Assembly: GCA_046313635.1 (NCBI GenBank)
Contig: JBKBYA010000007.1
Span: forward strand, 32,001-96,000
Reading direction: 5' to 3'
DNA from: Pyrinomonadaceae bacterium
GTDB taxonomy: Bacteria > Acidobacteriota > Blastocatellia > Pyrinomonadales > Pyrinomonadaceae
DNA length: 64,000 nucleotides
Part shown: positions 9,541-22,241 of the stretch, piece after piece
Layout: each line of letters opens with the position of its first letter
How positions within the stretch are numbered: the first letter of the stretch is position 1
Made by a program: the position numbers and the translations under genes
Notes under the pieces: model-generated
What the model was told of the DNA's origin: nothing
The model's input: the letters and a program-made list of their open reading frames with translations, nothing else
Database searches by the model: none

Positions 9541-9571
9541 AAAAGGCCGTCAAAAAGTTTGACGGCCTTTT
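9541..9571 (+). terminator. Putative rho-independent terminator after nrfA
   Basis: aaaaggccgtcaaa-aag-tttgacggcctttt hairpin. Confidence 0.6.
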
Positions 9572-9649
9572 CGATCTTGGGTGCGTCTAACTGTCTGCCG
9601 GCGGCAAAACGTCCCTCAGATCAAAGCAGCCGCCGGCGCGAGAGCGATC

Positions 9650-10918
9650 ATGGACAGAAGGTATTTTTTAAGGTCGGCAGGTCTCGGGATGGCGAGCTTT
9701 GGCCTGATGGCGGCGGCCCCCGAATTTTTGCATCAGTTCGCGGCGGCGCAGACGACCGCGGGCAAGTTTGGTAAAAAGAAGATCCTCGTCACCGTCTTTC
9801 AGCGCGGCGCGGTCGACGGGCTCAACGTCGTCGTGCCGTACGGCGACAGCCGCTACTACGATCTGCGGCGCACGATCGCCGTGCCGCGGCCGGGTCAGAC
9901 CGACGGAGCTCTCGATCTCGACGGCCACTTTGGCCTGCATCCCGCGCTCGCGCCGCTCGCGCCGCTGTGGAAGTCGAAGCAGTTCGCCGTCGTGCATTCG
10001 GTCGGCTCGCCTGACAACACTCGTTCACACTTTGACGCGCAGGATTACATGGAGGCGGGCACGCCCGGTGTCAAGAGCACGCCCGACGGCTGGCTCAATC
10101 GCGTGCTGCAGCAAACGAGCGCGAAAGACGCGTCGCCATTTCGCGCCGTCGCGATGACGCCGCAGCTGCCGCGTTCGCTCTACGGCAAGGCGCCATCGGT
10201 CGCGATGACCAATCTCGCCGACTTCGCGATCAACGCCGGCATCTACACGGGCGATCTCAAGGGCGGCTTCGAAGGCGTCTGGCAGCAGAACGCGAAAGAC
10301 TCGCTCGGCGAGACCGGCAAGGAAACTTTTGAGGCCGTCAACTTTCTCAAAAAGGCCGACCCGGCAAAGTACAAGCCCGAGAACGGCGCCGTCTATCCCA
10401 ACACCGAATTTGGCCGCTCGATGATGCAGATCGCGCAGCTCATCAAGGCCGGCGTCGGGCTCGAGGTCGCCTTCACCGACACGGGCAGCGACATCCGCTG
10501 GGACACGCACACCAACGAGGGCGGCTCGCGCGGGCAGCTCGCGAATTTCCTGCGGACCTACGGTCAGGCGCTCGCCGCATTCGCGACCGACCTCGGTAAG
10601 CGGATGGACGACGTGCTTGTGCTGACGATGTCAGAATTTGGCCGCACCGCGCGTGAAAACGGCTCGCGCGGAACCGACCACGGCCACGGCAACGTGATGT
10701 TCGCACTCGGAAATTCGGTCAAGGGCGGCAAGGTCTACGGCGAATGGAAAGGCCTCAAAGACGACCAGCTCAACGAGGGCCGCGACCTCGCGGTGACGAC
10801 CGACTTCCGCGACGTCTTTGCCGAGGTCGCAAACAAACATCTCGGAGCTCGCGACCTGAATTCGCTGTTCCCGAAATATGCGGTGAGCAAATCGAACTTC
10901 CGCGGCTTACTGGCCTAA
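9650..10918 (+). CDS. DUF1501-family protein with Tat-like leader
   Basis: MDRRYFL leader; FQRGAVDGLN, RSHFDAQ, WDTH, SEFGRT..ENGSRGTDHG, GGKVYG, DFRDVF. Confidence 0.85.
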   Translation: MDRRYFLRSAGLGMASFGLMAAAPEFLHQFAAAQTTAGKFGKKKILVTVFQRGAVDGLNVVVPYGDSRYYDLRRTIAVPRPGQTDGALDLDGHFGLHPALAPLAPLWKSKQFAVVHSVGSPDNTRSHFDAQDYMEAGTPGVKSTPDGWLNRVLQQTSAKDASPFRAVAMTPQLPRSLYGKAPSVAMTNLADFAINAGIYTGDLKGGFEGVWQQNAKDSLGETGKETFEAVNFLKKADPAKYKPENGAVYPNTEFGRSMMQIAQLIKAGVGLEVAFTDTGSDIRWDTHTNEGGSRGQLANFLRTYGQALAAFATDLGKRMDDVLVLTMSEFGRTARENGSRGTDHGHGNVMFALGNSVKGGKVYGEWKGLKDDQLNEGRDLAVTTDFRDVFAEVANKHLGARDLNSLFPKYAVSKSNFRGLLA

Positions 10919-10924
10919 GCATTT

Positions 10925-10989
10925 CAGCCACAGATGAACACGGATGCACACGGATCTGATCTGTGTATATCTGTGTACATCCGTGGCTG
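10925..10989. repeat. Intergenic palindromic repeat, CACAGAT/CACGGAT family
   Basis: cagccacagatgaacacggatgcacacggat ... atctgtgtatatctgtgtacatccgtggctg. Confidence 0.75.
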
Positions 10990-11035
10990 GTGATCTGCCT
11001 CGCCGAACGGGCAAAGTTTTGTCGAACAAGGAGTC

Positions 11036-11119
11036 TCCCGCAAAGTCGCAAAGGCCGCATAGAAGTGATCGATCTCTCTGCGGCTTTATTCTTCTTTGCG
11101 TCTTTGCGGCTTTGCGGGA
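11036..11119. repeat. Intergenic palindromic repeat, CGCAAAG family (second copy)
   Basis: tcccgcaaagtcgcaaag ... ctttgcggctttgcggga. Confidence 0.75.
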
Positions 11120-11130
11120 AACTATCTCTC

Positions 11131-11820
11131 GTGCCGTCATTCGCTCGCCGCAGCACCAGGCTCGAACGCATCGACACCGGCGACTACACGCCGGCGGAGT
11201 ACGAGCGATTCCTGCGCGAGATCCGCTTTATCAATCGCTACCTTGGCGAAGCCCGCGCGCTCCGCAAGACGCTGCTCCGCGAGATCGAGCAAGAGGACCT
11301 GAGAGAATTTTCCGTCCTCGACGTCGCATGCGGCTCGGGCGAGCTGCTCCGGCAGACGGCCGAATTCGCACGCCGCTCGCATCGCAAAGCGCGGTTGACG
11401 GGCATCGATCTCAACGATCTCTCGGCGTCGATCACGCTCAGCGAGTCGCGCGACTTTGCAGAGATCGAGAGCGTGCGCGGCGACGCGTTCCGTTTGCCGT
11501 TTGCTGACGATGCGTTCGACTACGCGATCTCGTCGCTCTTTTTTCACCACCTCACCGACGAGCAGATCCCGCTCGTCCTCGCCGAAATGTCCCGCGTCGC
11601 AAGCCGCGGCGTCTACGTCATCGACCTGCACCGTCACCCTGCGGCGTACTACTTGTACAAGCTGTTCTGTTTTGGATTTGGTATCTCGCCGCTCGTGACC
11701 GAGGACGGATCGCTGTCGATACTGAGAGGGTTCAAGCCCGACGAGTTTGAGAGTTCATTAGCTGTTGACCGAGTGGCACCATTTCGACTCGTCGCTCGAG
11801 GGCGGAAACACGAGCGGTAG
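11131..11820 (+). CDS. Class I SAM-dependent methyltransferase
   Basis: VLDVACGSG, GIDLN, GDAFRLPFADDAFD, FFHHL; start placed at GTG 11131 because the upstream in-frame part is repeat DNA. Confidence 0.82.
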   Translation: MPSFARRSTRLERIDTGDYTPAEYERFLREIRFINRYLGEARALRKTLLREIEQEDLREFSVLDVACGSGELLRQTAEFARRSHRKARLTGIDLNDLSASITLSESRDFAEIESVRGDAFRLPFADDAFDYAISSLFFHHLTDEQIPLVLAEMSRVASRGVYVIDLHRHPAAYYLYKLFCFGFGISPLVTEDGSLSILRGFKPDEFESSLAVDRVAPFRLVARGRKHER

Positions 11821-11953
11821 CGAGTGTGCGCCGCGTAATCAGTTCGGAGTTCAGAGTTCGTGGTTCAGGGTCAGTTCCTAAATTAACTCTGAACTCGGAA
11901 CCCTGAACTCTGAACTTACGACGCGCACCCTCGCTACCGCTCGGGTTTCTGCC
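11801..11953. repeat. Nested palindrome: REP-like arms enclosing AGTTCAG/CTGAACT heptamer inverted repeats
   Basis: ggcggaaacacgagcggtagcgagtgtgcg ... cgcaccctcgctaccgctcgggtttctgcc, with inner agttcgg-agttcag / ctgaact-cggaacc-ctgaact-ctgaact. Confidence 0.8.
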
Positions 11954-11954
11954 G

Positions 11955-13154
<1,200 letters not shown>

Positions 13155-13236
13155 CGTTGAATATCGAGAAAGTTCTTTTCCAGCCCTCAGTTGATAAAGT
13201 AGATTTAAGTTACAGATTAACGAGGGAGGGTAAAAA

Positions 13237-14511
13237 ATGGTAATGCTGACCGAGCTGCTGCGTTTCGAGGTGCGTGATGCATCGGGAGCGCGGGCCGCCG
13301 TCAGCGACCTCTCGATCGCGCTGCTCGACGACGATCACCCGCCGGTCACGCACGTTATTTTTACCGACAAGCACGGAAAGACGCGCCGCACCGAATGGGC
13401 GCGGCAGGCTCCGGTCGAGATCGACGAGCGCGGGCGAGTGCTGCGCGTGCGCGACCTCGGCGACGCGGATGAGTTCGATGTGGGCGAGTGCAGCGACGTC
13501 CTTCTTCGCCGCGACATAATGGACGCGCTCATTCTCGACCTGCTCGGCCGCCGCACGACCCGCGTGTGCGATCTGCTGATGGAGCAGGACGAGGCTGACG
13601 GCGAACTGCGCGTCAAGGCCGCCGACGCAGGTCTCGCGGCGATGTTCAGACGCGTGACGCGCGGGCGAATAGGCCCGGTCGACCGCGAATCGATGTTTGA
13701 CTGGAAGTATGTCGAATTCCTCCGCGGCGACCCGCACGCGGTGGACAACGGCGCCGGCTATCGTTTGCGGATCAATCGCCTGCCGGCCGGCGAGATCGCG
13801 CGGCTGGCCGACTATGTTCCTTACCTGCACGCCGCCGAACTTATCCGCCTGCTGCCCGACGAAAAGGCCGCCGACGTTCTCGAGGCGATGTCGGTCGCAC
13901 GGCAGCTGCAGGTCATCGAGGAGCTCGACGACGACGAGGCCGTCGAGCTGATCTGCCTGATGTCGCCCGACCTCGCGACCGATCTGATCGGCCGCGTGCA
14001 GCTCGATACGATGAAGCGCTGGCTCGATCTGATGCCGCGGCAATGTCGCGAGCGAATCGTCGCGCTGCTGCGATATCCCGAAGCGTCGGTCGGCGGCGTG
14101 ATGGTCAACGACATCATCGTCGTGCCGGCGCGCGCGAGCGTGCGCGAGGCACAGCAGATCGTGCGCGGGCGGCTCAGAGAGGCCAGCTTCGCCTCGGTGA
14201 TCTTTGTCGTCGGTGACGACGGCGGCGTCGGCGGGCGCGGGCAAAAGCTGTGCGGAGCGATGGCGCTGAAAGAGCTCTTTGCCGCCGACGAGAGTCTGGT
14301 CGTGAGCGACGCGATGGACCCGTATCTCGAGGCGCTCGGGCCGTTTGACTCGGCGAGCGAGGCCGCGTACCGGATCGTGAGCGGTCAGCTCTCTGCGATG
14401 CCGGTCGTCGACGAGCAGGGCTCTCTCATCGGCGCGATGACGATCAGCCACGCCATCGCGCAGCTCGTGCCGCGGTCGAGCGATCTTCAGACGCTGAGGG
14501 TCTTTGCATGA
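13237..14511 (+). CDS. Soluble MgtE-like protein (N-terminal beta domain, MgtE_N, CBS pair; no membrane domain)
   Basis: Helical repeats [29 protein letters not shown] followed by CBS motifs ([15 protein letters not shown]); overlaps the next gene by ATGA. Confidence 0.75.
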   Translation: MVMLTELLRFEVRDASGARAAVSDLSIALLDDDHPPVTHVIFTDKHGKTRRTEWARQAPVEIDERGRVLRVRDLGDADEFDVGECSDVLLRRDIMDALILDLLGRRTTRVCDLLMEQDEADGELRVKAADAGLAAMFRRVTRGRIGPVDRESMFDWKYVEFLRGDPHAVDNGAGYRLRINRLPAGEIARLADYVPYLHAAELIRLLPDEKAADVLEAMSVARQLQVIEELDDDEAVELICLMSPDLATDLIGRVQLDTMKRWLDLMPRQCRERIVALLRYPEASVGGVMVNDIIVVPARASVREAQQIVRGRLREASFASVIFVVGDDGGVGGRGQKLCGAMALKELFAADESLVVSDAMDPYLEALGPFDSASEAAYRIVSGQLSAMPVVDEQGSLIGAMTISHAIAQLVPRSSDLQTLRVFA

Positions 14512-15893
14512 CGACTCGACAAGAATCTCTCGGGGGCCTCGAGCCTATCGAGGACATCGAACTGGCCGGGCTAATGGACCGCCCAAAGACGCTGCCCACG
14601 GGAATGCGGATCAACATCCGCGGGCACAGCATCTACCTTCGCGGGCTGCGCCGGCCGCCGACCGGCATTTGGAAATGGCTGCTAATCCTCGGGCCCGGCC
14701 TCATCGCGACATCGGCGGGTAACGACGCGGGCGGCATCGCGACGTACAGCTCGGCCGGCGCACGGTACGGCTATGATCTGATCTGGGTGATGGTCGTGCT
14801 GACGCTGTCGTTTGCCGTCGTACAGGAGATGTGCTCGCGGCTCGGCGCGGCGACGGGGCGCGGGCTGCTCGATCTCATTCGCGAGAGATTCGGCGTCGGC
14901 TGGACGCTCTTTGCGATCGGGATAATCATCGTCGCAAACGGCGGCGTGACGATCAGCGAATTTGTCGGCATCGGCGCCGCGTCAGAACTGCTCGGCGTGA
15001 GCAAATACGTCTCGGTGCCGATCGCGGCCGTCGCGCTGTGGTATCTCGTGATCTTTGGCTCGTACGCGCGCGTCGAGAAGCTTTTTCTCGTGATGACGCT
15101 CGTCTTTTTTGCATACCCGGTCGCGGCGATACTCGGCGGGCCCGACTGGGGCGGCGTGGCCAAAGGCGCCGTTATTCCAAAGATCAGGTTTGAGAGCGAG
15201 TACATTTTTATCCTCGTCGGCCTGCTCGGCACGACGCTGACGCCGTACATCCAGATCTTTCAGCAAAGCTCGATCGTCGAACGGGGCAGCGCGCGCAAGC
15301 ATTACGGGCCGGAGCGGATGGATGCGTATTTCGGTTCGGTCTTTTCAAATCTGATGTCGATCTCGATGATCGTCGCGACCGCCGCTACGCTGTATGTCGC
15401 GGGCAATCACGAGATCGAAAGCGCGGCCGACGCGGCAAAGGCGCTCGAGCCGGTCGCCGGATCGTCGGCGACGCTGCTTTTCGCCATCGGCCTGCTCGGC
15501 GCGTCCCTGCTCGCCGCGGGCGTTTTGCCGCTCGCGACGTCGTACGCGATCAGCGAGGCCTTTGGGATACCGAAGGGCGTGAATCTGGACTATCGCCGCG
15601 GCAAGGTCTTTTTCGGATTGTTCACGGCGTTCGTCGTGCTGGGCGCGGCCGCCGCGCTGGTGCCGAATGTCCCGATCTTTCCGCTGCTGGTCGGCATACA
15701 GGTGCTCAACGGCGTGCTGCTGCCGATCATCCTCGTCTTTATCCTGCTGCTCGTCAACGACGAGCGTTTGACCGGCGAGCTCAAGAACACGCTCACATAT
15801 AACGTCCTCGGCTGGGGCACATTCGCGCTCATCACGCTCGCGGTATTGGTGATGTTTGCCGGACAGATCTACGAGCTGATCGTTGGCGGTTAA
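14508..15893 (+). CDS. NRAMP-related divalent cation transporter (NRMT/Mg2+-type signature)
   Basis: LGPGLI..AGNDAGGIATYS, QEMCSRLG, GTTLTPY; about 11 hydrophobic segments. Confidence 0.85.
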   Translation: MTTRQESLGGLEPIEDIELAGLMDRPKTLPTGMRINIRGHSIYLRGLRRPPTGIWKWLLILGPGLIATSAGNDAGGIATYSSAGARYGYDLIWVMVVLTLSFAVVQEMCSRLGAATGRGLLDLIRERFGVGWTLFAIGIIIVANGGVTISEFVGIGAASELLGVSKYVSVPIAAVALWYLVIFGSYARVEKLFLVMTLVFFAYPVAAILGGPDWGGVAKGAVIPKIRFESEYIFILVGLLGTTLTPYIQIFQQSSIVERGSARKHYGPERMDAYFGSVFSNLMSISMIVATAATLYVAGNHEIESAADAAKALEPVAGSSATLLFAIGLLGASLLAAGVLPLATSYAISEAFGIPKGVNLDYRRGKVFFGLFTAFVVLGAAAALVPNVPIFPLLVGIQVLNGVLLPIILVFILLLVNDERLTGELKNTLTYNVLGWGTFALITLAVLVMFAGQIYELIVGG

Positions 15894-15897
15894 TAAG

Positions 15898-16246
15898 AAT
15901 TTTTGCCGCGGATCGACGCAGATCGCGCGGATCGGACATCCGATTTGCTTTTCCTGATCCGCGGCATCCGCGTGATCCGCGGCAAAAATTACGGCCCGCA
16001 TGCGGAGATCGTTCGTTCGAGTCAATGACGGCCTCTAACCGCGGATGGCGCGGATAAGATATTTGATCTGCTTTTCTTGATCCGCGGCATCCGCGTGATC
16101 CGCGGCAAAAATTACGGCTCGTTTTCGTAGATCGTTCGTTCGAGTCAATGACGGCCTCTAACCGCGGATCGACGCAGATAGCGCGGATAAGATATTTGAT
16201 CTGCTATTCATGATCTGCGCTATCCGCGTGATCCGCGGCAAAAATT
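15898..16246. repeat. Tandem array of three CCGCGGAT/ATCCGCGG palindromic units with near-identical 48-nt linkers (BIME-like)
   Basis: Units 15898-15990, 16039-16113 and 16162-16246, each ending atccgcgtgatccgcggcaaaaatt; both linkers end agatcgttcgttcgagtcaatgacggcctctaa. Confidence 0.88.
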
Positions 16247-16334
16247 CCTTAACCCGGACACGCCGCGAAGTGACCGAGCTCACCTCGTCTCGACTTCGTG
16301 CGACCGCTTTTCTGCTATTATTTTCTCAACCCGA

Positions 16335-17732
16335 ATGACAGGATCACAAAAACTCTGGGGCGGCCGTTTTACGAGCGGGCCGGACGAGACCTTTACCGAA
16401 TTCAACAATTCTTTCCGTTTCGATCGGAGGCTTTTCGAGGCCGATGTCGAGGCGAGCATCGCGCACGCCGAGGCGATCAGAGGCGCCGGCGTGCTGAGCG
16501 AAGCCGAGCTCGCGCGGATCAAGAAAGGGCTCGCGACGCTGCTCAAACGCTCGCGCGACGAGAGCGAATTTTTTGACGCGAGCGACGCCGAGGACGTGCA
16601 TTCCTTTATCGAGTCGGAGCTCGTAAAGCTCGTCGGCGACGCGGGCAAAAAGATTCACACCGGCCGCAGCCGCAACGATCAGGTCGCGACCGCTTTCAGG
16701 CTCTGGCTGCGCGGCGAGACCGCGTCGCTGATCGGCGAGATCCGCCGCGTGCAGCGATCTCTTGTCTCCGCCGCCGAACGGCACGAGCAGGCTGTCATTC
16801 CCGGCTACACGCACCTGCAGCGCGCGCAGCCGGTGCTGTGGGCGCACTGGTGCCTGGCGTATTTCGAGATGCTGAAACGCGACGTCGAGAGGCTCGGCGA
16901 CGCGCTCGAGCGCATCAACGTGCTGCCGCTCGGCTCGGGAGCGTTGGCCGGCTCGGGCTTTGCGGTCGACCGCGCGGCCGTGGCGAAACGGCTCGGATTC
17001 AGAGCCGTCTCGGCAAACAGTCTCGACGCGGTATCCGATCGCGATTTCGCGGTCGAGTTTGTCGGCGCTTGCTCTCTGCTGATGATGCATCTGTCTCGCA
17101 TGGCCGAGGACCTGATCATTTACTGCTCGACCGAGTTCGGATTTGTCGAATTAAGCGACGCCGTCTCGTCGGGCTCGAGCCTGATGCCGCAAAAGAAAAA
17201 TCCCGACGCGCTCGAGCTGCTCCGCGGCAAGGCCGGGCGCGTCTTCGGCCATCACGCCGCACTGCTCGCCGTGATGAAGGGATTGCCGCTCGCCTACAAC
17301 AAGGACATGCAGGAGGACAAAGAAGCGGTCTTTGACACGGTCGACACCGTGCGGATCTCTCTGCGATCGGCCGCGATCGTGCTCGACAACCTGACGGTCA
17401 AAGAGGACCGCGCCGCGGCGGCCGCTTCGATCGGTTATCTCAACGCGACCGACCTCGCCGACTATCTCGTCAAAAAAGGCGTGCCTTTTCGCGAGGCCCA
17501 CGAAGCGGTCGGCCGCGCCGTGCTCGGCGCGATCTCGCGCGGCAAGGAGCTTCACGAACTGAGCGTCGAAGAGCTAAAGGAGTATTCACCGAAGATCGGC
17601 GACGACGCCGCGTCAGCGCTGAAGCTCTCGAGCGTGCTTGCGGCAAAAAATGTCGAAGGCGGCACCTCGCCAAAGCGTGTCTCGGCCGCGCTCCGTAAGG
17701 CAAAAAAGTATCTGGCGGCAAAACCGGACTGA
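16335..17732 (+). CDS. argH: Argininosuccinate lyase
   Basis: LWGGRF, HTGRSRNDQ, PGYTHLQRAQP, GSSLMPQKKNPD, YNKDMQEDKE. Confidence 0.98.
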   Translation: MTGSQKLWGGRFTSGPDETFTEFNNSFRFDRRLFEADVEASIAHAEAIRGAGVLSEAELARIKKGLATLLKRSRDESEFFDASDAEDVHSFIESELVKLVGDAGKKIHTGRSRNDQVATAFRLWLRGETASLIGEIRRVQRSLVSAAERHEQAVIPGYTHLQRAQPVLWAHWCLAYFEMLKRDVERLGDALERINVLPLGSGALAGSGFAVDRAAVAKRLGFRAVSANSLDAVSDRDFAVEFVGACSLLMMHLSRMAEDLIIYCSTEFGFVELSDAVSSGSSLMPQKKNPDALELLRGKAGRVFGHHAALLAVMKGLPLAYNKDMQEDKEAVFDTVDTVRISLRSAAIVLDNLTVKEDRAAAAASIGYLNATDLADYLVKKGVPFREAHEAVGRAVLGAISRGKELHELSVEELKEYSPKIGDDAASALKLSSVLAAKNVEGGTSPKRVSAALRKAKKYLAAKPD

Positions 17733-17736
17733 CGCG

Positions 17737-18153
17737 ATGCACAAACAAGAAATGCTCCGCGCGACAGCGGAGAACGAGCTTCTGCAGTTTCTCGGAGTCG
17801 AGATCGTGACCGCCGAGCCCGACCGCGTCGTGCTGACGATGGAGGTCACGCCCAGGGTGCACCAGTACATGGGCATTATGAACGGCGGCGTGTCGATGTT
17901 TCTCGCCGAGACGGCCGCGTCGATCGGCGTCGTCGCAGGCCAGGACCTGACGCGTGTGACGCCGGTCGGCATCGAGATCAACGGCAATCATCTGCGGGCC
18001 GTGAGCAAGGGCGTGATCACGGTTGAAGCGACGCCGATCTATCCGGGCCGCACGATGAGCGTATGGAAGATCGAGATCACCAACGACCGCGATAAGCTCA
18101 CCTTTACAGGCCGGATCACGATGCTGATGAAACCCGGCTCAGCCCCGAGGTGA
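17737..18153 (+). CDS. PaaI/MenI-like hotdog-fold thioesterase
   Basis: HQYMGIMNGGVSMFLAETAAS, VGIEINGNHLR. Confidence 0.85.
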   Translation: MHKQEMLRATAENELLQFLGVEIVTAEPDRVVLTMEVTPRVHQYMGIMNGGVSMFLAETAASIGVVAGQDLTRVTPVGIEINGNHLRAVSKGVITVEATPIYPGRTMSVWKIEITNDRDKLTFTGRITMLMKPGSAPR

Positions 18154-18173
18154 GCGACCGCCGACAATGAAAA

Positions 18174-19175
18174 GTGGATAGCTTCTGTCGAGATCTGATC
18201 ACCGAATGGCGTCGTCTCGGATCGCCTAACGACGGCGAGACGGTCGTCGTCGCGGTCTCGGGCGGAGCGGATTCGGTGAGCCTGCTGATCGCGCTCGACG
18301 AGCTTCGGCGTCTCGGCAAGCTCGACCTTCGCATCGTCGCCGCTCATTTCAATCACCACCTGCGCGGCAGCGAGAGCGACGCCGACGAGCAGTTTGTCCG
18401 CGATCTGACGACCGAGCGCAAGATCGAGCTTGCCGTCGGGTCGGGCAGACCGGCCGCCGAGGGCAATCTCGAGCAGACCGCCCGCGGCCAGCGATACGAG
18501 TTTCTCGTCCGCACGGCCGGCAGTCTCCACGCCGCCGCCATTCTCACCGGCCACACGATGAACGACCAAGCCGAGACATTCCTGATGAATCTCATCCGCG
18601 GCAGCGGCATCCAAGGCCTCGCCGGCATCCGCCCTGTGCGACAGCTCGAGCACACGCTGCTCGTCCGGCCGCTGATCACGTGGGCAAAACGGATCGATAC
18701 CGAGAATTTTTGCCGTCGGATGGGCATCGAGTTTCGATATGACTCGATGAATGAGGACACGGCATTTCGCCGCGTGCGCATCCGCAAAGTTTTGCTGCCG
18801 CTGCTCGAGGACCTCAATCCAAAGATCGTCGAGCGGCTGGCATCGACGGCGGCTCTGCTGGCAGATGCGCTCGATGAGAAGGTCTCGGATGCGTCGTCGT
18901 CAGACCCGGTCCTGGCCGAGAGTCTGCCGATCGAAGAACTGGTGACAAGGGAGCGTGCCGAGCTTTATTCGACGCTTCGCGCGTGGCTCGCCGTTCGGCG
19001 GCCGGGCGGCCTGCGTTCGATCACGCTGAAACATATCGAGGCGATCGCGCGTCTCATCCATACGAGACGCAGCGGACGCGAGGTAGAATTGCCCGGCGGA
19101 GGCCGCGTCGTGAAGTCCGGCGGCATCCTAAAGTATGAGGAAAATCGGGTTGAAAAACCCTCAGACGGCCACTAA
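18174..19175 (+). CDS. tilS: tRNA(Ile)-lysidine synthetase
   Basis: VAVSGGADS, HFNHHLRG, ARGQRY, GHTMNDQAETFL..LIRGSG, RPL; upstream of ftsH. Confidence 0.95.
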   Translation: MDSFCRDLITEWRRLGSPNDGETVVVAVSGGADSVSLLIALDELRRLGKLDLRIVAAHFNHHLRGSESDADEQFVRDLTTERKIELAVGSGRPAAEGNLEQTARGQRYEFLVRTAGSLHAAAILTGHTMNDQAETFLMNLIRGSGIQGLAGIRPVRQLEHTLLVRPLITWAKRIDTENFCRRMGIEFRYDSMNEDTAFRRVRIRKVLLPLLEDLNPKIVERLASTAALLADALDEKVSDASSSDPVLAESLPIEELVTRERAELYSTLRAWLAVRRPGGLRSITLKHIEAIARLIHTRRSGREVELPGGGRVVKSGGILKYEENRVEKPSDGH

Positions 19176-19295
19176 AATCTAGCGTTGACGCCTCGCGGGG
19201 CCCGGACGGCTTTGGGAACAACCGCCGCAAGCGAACTTTCATCATACGGCATTACAAAACTTTCAAATGGATGAAAGTTTTTTGGAGGCTATAAA

Positions 19296-21242
<1,947 letters not shown>

Positions 21243-21265
21243 CGAAGGTTGGAAGGCGTAAATGC

Positions 21266-21302
21266 AAAAAGGAGAAAAGCGACAAGCTTTTCTCCTTTTT
21301 TT
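21266..21302 (+). terminator. Rho-independent terminator after ftsH
   Basis: aaaaaggagaaaagc-gacaa-gcttttctccttttttt. Confidence 0.75.
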
Positions 21303-21380
21303 CATTTGCAAAAATAGCTGACCGCTGTCAGCTGACAGCTATTTTCACTTTCGCTCTCGCCGCTTTCCTGCCGCGGCGAT

Positions 21381-22241
21381 TTGCAGTTAAATGCACTTGT
21401 GATCTGGAGCACTTCCCGACGCGAATTAGAGCTTGGTCGAACGCTTGTGATGGGCATCCTGAACGCGACGCCCGACAGCTTTTTCGACGGCGGTGCGGCA
21501 TTGGCGGTCGACGACGCGCTTCGGCGAGCGGAACAGATGATCTCTCAAGGGGCCGATATCATCGACGTCGGCGGCGAATCTACACGGCCGGGAAGCAGTC
21601 GCGTGTCGGTCGAGGAAGAGATCGGGCGCGTCCTGCCGGTCATCGAAAAGATCCGCGAAAAAGTTGACGTCCCCGTGTCGATCGACACGAGTAAGGCCGA
21701 GGTCGCACGCAGGGCGATCGACGCCGGGGCCGAGATCATCAACGACGTATCGGGATTGCAGTTCGATCCTGAGATGGCAGACGCGGCGGCCGAGTCGAAA
21801 GCAGGATTGGTGGTCATGCATCTTCGCGGCGGATTCGAAACGATGCACCGGCAGGAACCGGTCGAAGATATTTTCGAAGAGGTTTCAGGTTTTTTTCGTC
21901 GCACGATCGCTCAGGCAGCCGCGGCCGGTGTCGCTCGCGAATGCATCGCGCTCGACCCGGGCATCGGATTCAGCAAGACGCCAGAGCAGAATTTAGAGCT
22001 GATCGGCAAACTTGGTAGACTCATCGATGAGTTTCACGATCACCCGGTCCTGATAGGCGCGTCGCGAAAATCGTTCATCGGCAAGATCCTCGACGGAGCG
22101 CCCGCGGACCAGAGATTAAGCGGTTCTCTCGCGACAGCGGCCGTCGCGGTATGGAACGGTGCAAAGATCGTCCGCGTGCACGACGTGCGGGAGACGGTCG
22201 AAACGGTCAGGGTGGTCGAGGCGATCAGGAGTCAGTTATGA
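21381..22241 (+). CDS. folP: Dihydropteroate synthase
   Basis: MGILNATPDSF, DVGGESTRPG, SIDT, INDVSG, DPGIGF, SRKSF, RVHDV; start may be GTG 21399. Confidence 0.97.
   Translation: MQLNALVIWSTSRRELELGRTLVMGILNATPDSFFDGGAALAVDDALRRAEQMISQGADIIDVGGESTRPGSSRVSVEEEIGRVLPVIEKIREKVDVPVSIDTSKAEVARRAIDAGAEIINDVSGLQFDPEMADAAAESKAGLVVMHLRGGFETMHRQEPVEDIFEEVSGFFRRTIAQAAAAGVARECIALDPGIGFSKTPEQNLELIGKLGRLIDEFHDHPVLIGASRKSFIGKILDGAPADQRLSGSLATAAVAVWNGAKIVRVHDVRETVETVRVVEAIRSQL

Noticed and set aside
10963..11130. N-terminal 56 aa of the methyltransferase ORF
   Set aside because: This is translation of two palindromic repeats, not protein-like sequence.
15898..16246. Possible CRISPR array
   Set aside because: Units are 75-93 nt and variable, the two linkers are nearly identical rather than unique, and no cas genes are present.
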